Shown: one piece after another, positions 57,341 to 64,000 of the stretch | How positions within the stretch are numbered: the first letter of the stretch is position 1 | Layout: the number at the start of each line of letters is the position of its first letter | Origin: Patescibacteria group bacterium | Lineage (GTDB): Bacteria; Patescibacteriota; Minisyncoccia; Phycocordibacterales; PALSA-1337 | Length of the DNA stretch: 64,000 nt | NCBI GenBank assembly: GCA_040388415.1 | Contig: JAZKBV010000001.1 | Location: 138,369 to 202,368 of the forward strand | Direction of reading: 5' to 3' | Notes under the pieces: generated by a model | What the model was told of the DNA's origin: nothing | Databases searched by the model: none | What the model saw: the letters and a program-made list of their open reading frames with translations, nothing else | Translations under genes and position numbers: made by a program

Positions 57341-57694
57341 ATGAAATACACCATTGACGCAGCAGATAAAAAGATAGGACGTATCGCAAGTGAGGCAGCA
57401 GCTATCCTCATGGGCAAAAAGAGCACCTCGTTCGCAAAGAACACAGTCTCAGATGCTCAAGTTGAGATCATCAATGCAAAGCGTGCTTATATCACTGCAA
57501 AGAAAAAGGCTGGTGGTGTTGGTGATGATTATGTCCGCTACACCGGTTTCCGTGGTGGTATCAAGTCTCAGACACTCGGTGAAGTCATCGAGATCGGTGG
57601 TATGAAGCGCGTCTTCGAGCTCGCTGTCTACAGTATGCTCCCAAAGAACAAGCTCCGCGCGCCTCGCTTGAAGAATTTGACGATCAAAGAATAA
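57341..57694 (+). CDS. rplM: 50S ribosomal protein L13
   Basis: IDA..K.IGR.AS, MLPKNKL. Confidence 0.96.
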   Translation: MKYTIDAADKKIGRIASEAAAILMGKKSTSFAKNTVSDAQVEIINAKRAYITAKKKAGGVGDDYVRYTGFRGGIKSQTLGEVIEIGGMKRVFELAVYSMLPKNKLRAPRLKNLTIKE

Positions 57695-57703
57695 TACATT
57701 TAT

Positions 57704-58114
57704 ATGACTACAAAAATTCCTACAGGTAAATATTTTGAAGCAGTCGGTCGTCGCAAGACTGCTATCGCTCGCGTACGCCTTTTCATTGATTCAAAGAATC
57801 ACTATGTCGTTAATGATAAATCTCTCGAAGAGTACTTCCCAGTAAAGGAATACGCCACTGCAGTTTCTGATGCTATCGCAAAGGGCAAGCCAGCAGAGAA
57901 GTTTTTCGTTTCTATCAAGCTCGTCGGCGGCGGTATGTCAGCTCAGGCTGAAGCAGCTCGTCACGGCATCGCTCGTGCGCTCCTCGTCTATGATATAACT
58001 CTCCGTGGTCCTATCAAGAAGCTCGGTTTCCTCAAGCGTGACCCACGTGCAAAGGAGCGTCGTAAGTTCGGTTTCAAGAAGGCCCGCAAGTCTCCACAGT
58101 GGAGTAAGCGTTAG
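57704..58114 (+). CDS. rpsI: 30S ribosomal protein S9
   Basis: GRRKTAIAR, GGG, ERRKFG.KKARKSPQWSKR. Confidence 0.99.
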   Translation: MTTKIPTGKYFEAVGRRKTAIARVRLFIDSKNHYVVNDKSLEEYFPVKEYATAVSDAIAKGKPAEKFFVSIKLVGGGMSAQAEAARHGIARALLVYDITLRGPIKKLGFLKRDPRAKERRKFGFKKARKSPQWSKR

Positions 58115-58118
58115 TTTC

Positions 58119-58145
58119 AAAAACCGCCTGTTTGGCGGTTTTTTT
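58119..58145 (+). terminator. Terminator of the ribosomal protein cluster
   Basis: AAAAACCGCC-tgttt-GGCGGTTTTTTT. Confidence 0.85.
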
Positions 58146-58263
58146 GTTGCAACAAATTATACTTATCCACTGCTTATCAACTTTTTACCATAAATCCGAG
58201 ATATACTTACCACCAGCACTTACTGGTCTTCTTTGTTTTATTACATTATTCACTCACACATAT

Positions 58264-58737
58264 ATGTTTTTCAATACTCTCCACAGCACTTTAGCAGAAT
58301 CAAATCCTGCCTACGCTTCTTGGCATAAGCATCCGCTCCACGCTATCACCCATTGGTCTGCTTTTTTTGCTCTGTCACTCATCGTTGCTGCGGGCCTTCT
58401 CCAACAGATCAGTATTACCATCGCAGAGAGCGGGGTTATCTCAACTTCTTCAGCCCAAGCTTTGAGTGCGCTTCGTGCCAACCGCACTACTTACATCGAT
58501 CCCAATCAACAACAGATCCTCTTCATTTGGAAGAGCGGTGTCAGTAAAGCAACACAGACCCAAGTCTTAAAGCGTGAGGGTATCACTCTTGTCCAGGGAA
58601 CCAATCCGCTCGGGGTTAATGTTGGCCTTATCACTGACTCAGATACACCAGAAGAAGCTGTTCAACGTTTGAGCGATATAGAAAGCGCCTATGTAAGTGC
58701 TGCCATGGTTGATTATATAGGCGTCAAATCACGTTAA
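58264..58737 (+). CDS. Membrane-anchored protein resembling a subtilase N-terminus/propeptide without a catalytic domain
   Basis: TM helix, then ILFIWKSGVS..Q.QVL..G..V..A.VDY; no S8 D/H/S motifs. Confidence 0.5.
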   Translation: MFFNTLHSTLAESNPAYASWHKHPLHAITHWSAFFALSLIVAAGLLQQISITIAESGVISTSSAQALSALRANRTTYIDPNQQQILFIWKSGVSKATQTQVLKREGITLVQGTNPLGVNVGLITDSDTPEEAVQRLSDIESAYVSAAMVDYIGVKSR

Positions 58738-58756
58738 TCTTTTTCATTTCAATCCT

Positions 58757-61540
58757 ATGAACAAAACAACCAATGCATCTCTCATCTTCGGTGGACTCGC
58801 ACTCATCGCTTTTGTCGTCGTCTCCACTGCAGCGTATCAGTCGCTCGCTTTCATTTTCAATCCTGCGACTCAAGTTGCCCAGGTAACAGGAGCAGGAGGA
58901 TTGCAGTTTAGTGTAGATGAACTCGGGGTTCAGAATCTATCCTATAACAACTATAAGTTAATATCTGCATCAAATGCGGGTGGCTACGGCGCGTTTTATG
59001 GAGATAAAATCCGATATCACGTACCAGTTTTTCAGACACCAGGGGGTGCAACGATAACTCCTGATTCGTCGGAGGCTTCAACGACACTCGCAAATCCGCT
59101 TCCTTGGGCAAGCACTGGAGCAGCGACATGTCCTGTAACAAAAACAAACGAACAGTGTTACAAACAGATATTTCGTCAAGGATTGAAGGACAGCTATACG
59201 ATCAATGTTGAATTGAGTTCGTTCGATAGCAACACGATGTTGGCTGATGTTTATTTAACGAACAATGATACAACTGATACGATTGTTTCATTTAATTATA
59301 ATGATTGGCTCGGAACAGGTATGTATATTCCTGATCTTGCGTTAAATCAGTGGTTTGGTAATTTCACGGTAAATCCAGTAGCGTTCATACCTGGGGCGAC
59401 ATGGGGCAATCTAGCAGTATTTTCAACTGATTATGGTAAAAAGGCCCAACTAACCACAAGAAATGATTATGCCACTGTTGGCGTGACTACACCGCCAACA
59501 AACGTAAATCTATTGTGGGATTTTTCTGTCACTGAACACATCGGTCCAGGACAAACATTCCACTATCCACTCTACTTCCGTTTTAGCGGCTTGAGTAGTA
59601 CGGCTATGTCGCTTGCATCAGAAGCGTATGCCTCATATGCATCATCGCATCCACTCTTAAATGACTGGACAGATCGCAGACCTATCACTCGTTGGTTCAT
59701 GGCAGAAGGAACTGCACACACAAGCAAGCTCAATCCACGCGGATATCTCTGGGATGCAAATTTGGATGTGTCGAATCAAACAAATTTCAACACTCAAATT
59801 TTGAATAAGACAGATGAGATCGTCACCCGCATGAATGGCATGGATCCAAAACCACAAGGTATCGTTGTGTGGGATTTGGAAGGTGAAGAGTTCTCTCAAT
59901 ATTTCACGTATGTTGGATATCCAAACAAGCTCCATGATATGGCGCCTGAGATGGACGCTGTTGCCGATCAGATGTTCCAAAAATTCCGCACTGCTGGATA
60001 CAAGATCGGTATTACACTACGACCAGGAGATTTCCAGACGGGGACATTAGCTAACAGACCAACTACATGTCACGGCGGGGATTATAACTATGATACGGAC
60101 GATATTTATATAGCGACTGATGTAGCGTACCCGAATCGTGCGTATGATTGCGTGGCACCAAATACCTGGCAGCAACGAGACCGTACGGGTATCTTCCATC
60201 AGCATTCACCAGCAGATGACGCTACACTTTTGGCTAATTTGAAGAGCAAGGTTACGTATGCGTACAACCGTTGGGGCGTGACGATGTTCTATGTTGACAG
60301 TACCGTATATAGCGACCGTGGCGGAGGTAATCCATTCAATAGTCAGATATTTACCGACCTTATGACGTATTTGAAAACTACTGCACCTTATAGTAGTACC
60401 AAATTTGTATTTTTCCCAGAAAATGAAAACCGTGATTTCTTCTCGTCAACAGCGCCCTACAATCAAGTGGACAATGGCATATTTACCACTAGTCAGGATG
60501 CAAAAAATATCTGGCCTAAGGCTTTCTCGATTTTGGCCCATGTAAATGTGGATGGAAACCTACAGCATCCAGAATGGAAAGCTAACTATGTCCAGAGTAT
60601 CAAAGATGGAAACATTTTCTTCGAAGAAGGTATTTGGTATGCGCCAGATGAGATCGTGTCACAGTTGTATCATGATGCAGGTATCACTAACGCCACATTA
60701 GGAATTGGTTCAACTACTCCACCAACCCCTCCTGCTACCACTTACACCCTTAGCTATACTGCTGGCGCAAACGGCAGTATCACCGGCTCACTTACCCAGA
60801 CAGTCAACGCTGGAGCGAATGGTAGCACTGTCATTGCAGTTGCTAACACGGGGTATCACCTCGTTGATTGGTCAGACGGATCTACTGCTAACCCACGAAC
60901 AGATACGAGTGTCGGAGCTAACCTTAGCGTTATCGCAAACTTCGTGCAGGATACGGTCGTCATCATTCCTGATACCACCGCACCAACTGCGCCTTCTAAC
61001 CTCAAGGCAACTGCGCCAAACTCAAGTTCAGTCAACCTCAATTGGACTGCCTCTGTCGACAATGTTGGCATCACGGGCTATGCCATCACCAGGAATGGTC
61101 AAGTCATCGCTACAACTCCAACTGCCTCATACACTGACAGTGCTGTTGTCTCTGGTACTACGTATACCTATTCTGTCGTCGCATCTGACGCTGCCGGCAA
61201 TCTCTCAGCTCCGAGTAATGGGGCAACAGTGACCGTACCAGTGGTGAGCGGTCCAACACCTGTAGCGATCGTCTCATTCTCTGTCTCACAAAAGACAGCT
61301 ACAACAGCAACCATTAAATGGACGACGAGCGTCGCATCAACCGGTAGTATCTCGTATGGCCTTACTAACAAGGCTACTGGTTCTATCGTTAACGATACCA
61401 ATCTGACGACGTTGCACGTGCTGACCATCTCTGGCTTAACAAAGGCAACAAAATATTATTTCAAGATTACGGCTACTAATCCTGTTAATGGAACGCAGAC
61501 AGTATCAACAGTTTCTAACTTTAGGACGCAGGCGAAGTAG
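58757..61540 (+). CDS. Large secreted protein: possible glycoside-hydrolase-like domain plus Ig-like repeat and fibronectin type III domains
   Basis: N-terminal TM/signal; aromatic-rich core (GIVVWDLEG, WGVTMFYVDS); YTLSYTAG.NGSI; DTTAPTAPSNL..W.AS.DNVG..Y..DAAGN.S. Confidence 0.75.
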   Translation: MNKTTNASLIFGGLALIAFVVVSTAAYQSLAFIFNPATQVAQVTGAGGLQFSVDELGVQNLSYNNYKLISASNAGGYGAFYGDKIRYHVPVFQTPGGATITPDSSEASTTLANPLPWASTGAATCPVTKTNEQCYKQIFRQGLKDSYTINVELSSFDSNTMLADVYLTNNDTTDTIVSFNYNDWLGTGMYIPDLALNQWFGNFTVNPVAFIPGATWGNLAVFSTDYGKKAQLTTRNDYATVGVTTPPTNVNLLWDFSVTEHIGPGQTFHYPLYFRFSGLSSTAMSLASEAYASYASSHPLLNDWTDRRPITRWFMAEGTAHTSKLNPRGYLWDANLDVSNQTNFNTQILNKTDEIVTRMNGMDPKPQGIVVWDLEGEEFSQYFTYVGYPNKLHDMAPEMDAVADQMFQKFRTAGYKIGITLRPGDFQTGTLANRPTTCHGGDYNYDTDDIYIATDVAYPNRAYDCVAPNTWQQRDRTGIFHQHSPADDATLLANLKSKVTYAYNRWGVTMFYVDSTVYSDRGGGNPFNSQIFTDLMTYLKTTAPYSSTKFVFFPENENRDFFSSTAPYNQVDNGIFTTSQDAKNIWPKAFSILAHVNVDGNLQHPEWKANYVQSIKDGNIFFEEGIWYAPDEIVSQLYHDAGITNATLGIGSTTPPTPPATTYTLSYTAGANGSITGSLTQTVNAGANGSTVIAVANTGYHLVDWSDGSTANPRTDTSVGANLSVIANFVQDTVVIIPDTTAPTAPSNLKATAPNSSSVNLNWTASVDNVGITGYAITRNGQVIATTPTASYTDSAVVSGTTYTYSVVASDAAGNLSAPSNGATVTVPVVSGPTPVAIVSFSVSQKTATTATIKWTTSVASTGSISYGLTNKATGSIVNDTNLTTLHVLTISGLTKATKYYFKITATNPVNGTQTVSTVSNFRTQAK

Positions 61541-61632
61541 CGCGCATAAGCTATTGCCGATAAGCTGATAATGTTGTATATTAGTGTAAACTGTTTTTTC
61601 CAAAATCAAAACAAACAACCAATTCGCTGCTT

Positions 61633-62007
61633 ATGAAAATCAAAAGATTGTGGACGTTGTTGCTGAATATTATCGCAACTCCATTTAACCGTATCCGTGA
61701 CATCCTTGTCGAGTTGAAGCGTGACAAGGCGCAACTCCGCGGGTTCAGGTTGGTGACCGCTCTTAATCATGAAGATGGTTATAGCCATCACGTTCTTCAT
61801 TATGTGCGTAAAGAGATCGAGCACGTTCGTGAACATTATCGTTTCGCGTATGTTCAACTCGGCCTCATTGACTGGGCTGATCTAAACAATCGGATCGCTA
61901 TGGCTGAGGCGCGTTGGGAGCTGAAGTATAAAAAAGAAGAATCTTCGTCCGTGACCGGTTCCTCGACACCGCTGCTTCAGCCACCACCGACGGTCAGGAT
62001 TTGCTAA
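61633..62007 (+). CDS. Hypothetical orphan protein
   Basis: 124-aa ORF followed by a terminator-like hairpin at ~62025-62054. Confidence 0.6.
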   Translation: MKIKRLWTLLLNIIATPFNRIRDILVELKRDKAQLRGFRLVTALNHEDGYSHHVLHYVRKEIEHVREHYRFAYVQLGLIDWADLNNRIAMAEARWELKYKKEESSSVTGSSTPLLQPPPTVRIC

Positions 62008-62133
62008 ATTGTCCATCATCACTCGCCACTGCCTCAAAAACGGTGGTGTTTTTATTGTATTTATATGCTATGTACGTTACATTTACACAGGAGTAATTTT
62101 GCAGTTAAAATTCAATCAAACGAAAGGCATTTC

Positions 62134-62529
62134 ATGTTAACAATGCTGCTCAGGCTTATTCTCAGGTTTATTCACTGGGTTCAATCAATCTATTACCACA
62201 AGTATCCAAATAGATGGCGCTCCCGGCGTCGCGCAAAAGCCGAGGTGTACGGATATCTTCGTCGCTTGAGGGACGGTCACATTGATCCACTTAATCTTGT
62301 TCTTGAAATAACTCAGCGCATGAAGGAGTTTAATCTGGCGCCGATTGAGTTTGGTTTAAAGTCAAAAAAAGATCTTGGACATCTCGCCCTCCGCTCGTTG
62401 GAAGCATGTGCTGAGAAAAAAATATTGGCAAAGAAACTTGATCAACAAACTGCTGACAAGGAGTGGGGTGCACTGTATGATGCGCTCAAAAAACTGGACA
62501 TCCTTCATCGTGGCGGCAAGATGGTTTGA
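62134..62529 (+). CDS. Hypothetical orphan protein
   Basis: SD GAAAGG, basic helical ORF, hairpin at ~62544-62574. Confidence 0.6.
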   Translation: MLTMLLRLILRFIHWVQSIYYHKYPNRWRSRRRAKAEVYGYLRRLRDGHIDPLNLVLEITQRMKEFNLAPIEFGLKSKKDLGHLALRSLEACAEKKILAKKLDQQTADKEWGALYDALKKLDILHRGGKMV

Positions 62530-62590
62530 TCATAGCGGTCACAACTGGTTCTCTTTGCAGAGGACCGGTTTTTTATATATACTTCTCTCT

Positions 62591-63199
62591 ATGAATACAG
62601 ATGAAAACAAAGATATGGATGAACAAAAGCTTGATGCAGATGTCCAGGTTGATGATGTGGTTATAGAGTCCGACGATACGCTTGACGACAGCGTCATTGC
62701 TGAAGAAAATATGTCTGAGACTATCAAGAAGCTTCGCACTAAGCTCAAGAAATCCCAAGCTGATGCTCAGGAGTATCTGACGGGTTGGCAGAGAGCAAAA
62801 GCCGACTTTGTGAATGCGCGTAAGCGCGATGAAGAGGAACGTAAAGAGTTTATCAAGTTTTCAAATGAGCGTCTCATCGAAAGCCTTATTCCTGTTCTTG
62901 AGAGTTTCGACCTTGCCATGGCTAACAAAGAAGCGTGGGAAAAAGTAGATAAGAATTGGCGCATAGGTGTCGAGTACATCTATTCTCAACTGAAGAAAAC
63001 TCTCAGTGAAAGTGGTCTCGAGGAGATCAGTCCCGTCGGTCTCAAGTTTGATCCAGCTCGCGACGAAGCTGCGGAGTATGTGCCCGTGACCGAAGAAAGT
63101 CAGGATCACATCATCACGCAAGTTATTCAAAAAGGGTATTCATTGAATAAAAAGGCCATGCGTCCACCAAAGGTCAAGGTAGGTGAATTTAAAAAATAA
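62591..63199 (+). CDS. grpE: Nucleotide exchange factor GrpE
   Basis: QRAKADFVN.RKR, FDP, QKGY, RPPKVKV. Confidence 0.96.
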   Translation: MNTDENKDMDEQKLDADVQVDDVVIESDDTLDDSVIAEENMSETIKKLRTKLKKSQADAQEYLTGWQRAKADFVNARKRDEEERKEFIKFSNERLIESLIPVLESFDLAMANKEAWEKVDKNWRIGVEYIYSQLKKTLSESGLEEISPVGLKFDPARDEAAEYVPVTEESQDHIITQVIQKGYSLNKKAMRPPKVKVGEFKK

Positions 63200-63202
63200 A
63201 AG

Positions 63203-63231
63203 AAAACCGCTCCTTATGGGGCGGTTTTTTT
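63203..63231. terminator. Bidirectional terminator
   Basis: AAAACCGCTCC-ttat-GGGGCGGTTTTTTT. Confidence 0.8.
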
Positions 63232-63241
63232 GAAGTGATTT

Positions 63242-63649
63242 TTACAGTTGGGTGAGGGAGCCATCTTTTCCCGCGGCTCTGATTTCAGCACGAATGGACT
63301 GGTATAAAGCTGATCCTTTTGTTTTCGGTTCAGTCCGTTTTTTGCGTTCAGTTCCTGGAACTACCGAATAGATGGCTACCGGAGTTCCTGATTGGAAAAA
63401 TTTCCGCATCTCCACTTTACGTTTCCCGTCGAGCTTAAATTCGACAAGTTCACCAGTGCTCGACTTGGCGATAATTGTCGGATATACGGCAAACGCTTCT
63501 TCGGGAACAAATTCAATCGGACATATCCGCTGGTCTACTTCCTCAGTGCTGATTTTGAGTTCTGGTCTCGTAATGAGTATTTGTTTTATATCCGATCCGT
63601 TGAACATGTTCCTGGCGAAGGGGATTCTAAAGTATTCAATTTCTTTCAT
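63242..63649 (-). CDS. Hypothetical orphan protein
   Basis: SD AAGGAG; TTGACA upstream. Confidence 0.6.
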   Translation of the reverse strand: MKEIEYFRIPFARNMFNGSDIKQILITRPELKISTEEVDQRICPIEFVPEEAFAVYPTIIAKSSTGELVEFKLDGKRKVEMRKFFQSGTPVAIYSVVPGTERKKRTEPKTKGSALYQSIRAEIRAAGKDGSLTQL

Positions 63650-63769
63650 GATAAAGATCTCCTTTCTTTATTATTAAATTACATTGTTTTATACTTTTTG
63701 TCAAAAACAAAATCTTGACTAAGAGTTTCCCGTTGCTATAATATGAGTCCAATAGTCCCTGCGAATCCT

Positions 63770-64000
63770 ATGCTAAAACCTACCATTCCCTCAAAATTTG
63801 TAGAGAGAATCATTACCTCACAGACTGGTGAGCAGTATCGTGTTGTGTTTCTGGTCACTCTCGTCAATGGGGAAGTGAAGGCACGAGTTGTTGGCGCACA
63901 ATTGATATCAAAAGTTCAGCTACTAGAAGATAAGAGCTATGAGCTAAGAGCTAAGAGATATGAAAGAAATACAGCTGTGCTTTGTTTACCTGGCGCCTCT
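63770..64000 (+). CDS. Hypothetical protein, 3'-truncated by window
   Basis: MLKPTIPSKFVERIITSQTGEQYRVVFLV... open to the window end; promoter TTGACT-16-TATAAT at 63715-63742. Confidence 0.6.
   Translation, partial: MLKPTIPSKFVERIITSQTGEQYRVVFLVTLVNGEVKARVVGAQLISKVQLLEDKSYELRAKRYERNTAVLCLPGAS

Noticed and set aside
58163-58182. Replication origin
   Set aside because: Only two imperfect DnaA boxes, with no dnaA/dnaN and no box cluster.
1-64000. Alternative genetic code (TGA=Gly, as in Gracilibacteria/Absconditabacteria)
   Set aside because: Core genes are full length under code 11, and TGA terminates genes at expected ends (e.g. 951, 1944, 13669).

Overview
Bacterial chromosomal window read with standard code 11 (TGA acts as stop). 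Gene content and style point to a Patescibacteria/CPR (Parcubacteria-like) genome; this is inference from the short AlaRS and UvrC, alpha2-type GlyRS, sigma-region-4/HTH protein, 7TM histidine kinase, apparently leaderless core genes and many orphans. The core backbone includes rmuC, rplU, recR, dnaB, uvrA, uvrC, ddl, tRNA-Ala(UGC), zwf, ychF, leuS, mltG, mnmA, udg, pepF, alaS, the infA-rpmJ-rpsM-rpsK-rpsD-rpoA-rplQ-rplM-rpsI cluster and grpE. Single-gene orphan cassettes are interleaved with it. Best leads: (1) a block at 1-6561 with a degenerate AlaRS catalytic-domain paralog, an MccF-like S66 peptidase, GlyRS, an anticodon-less AsnRS/AspRS paralog, a methyltransferase and an M14 deacylase; (2) a promoter- and terminator-bounded ~95-nt three-way-junction RNA (22190-22284, minus strand) convergent on a BECR-like nuclease gene; (3) a two-hairpin element present twice (10614 and 48811) with compensatory changes; (4) a LeuRS carrying two NUDIX domains and a serine hydrolase. 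No CRISPR array, rRNA, integrase or transposase was recognised. All family calls come from motif recognition by eye; no searches were run.
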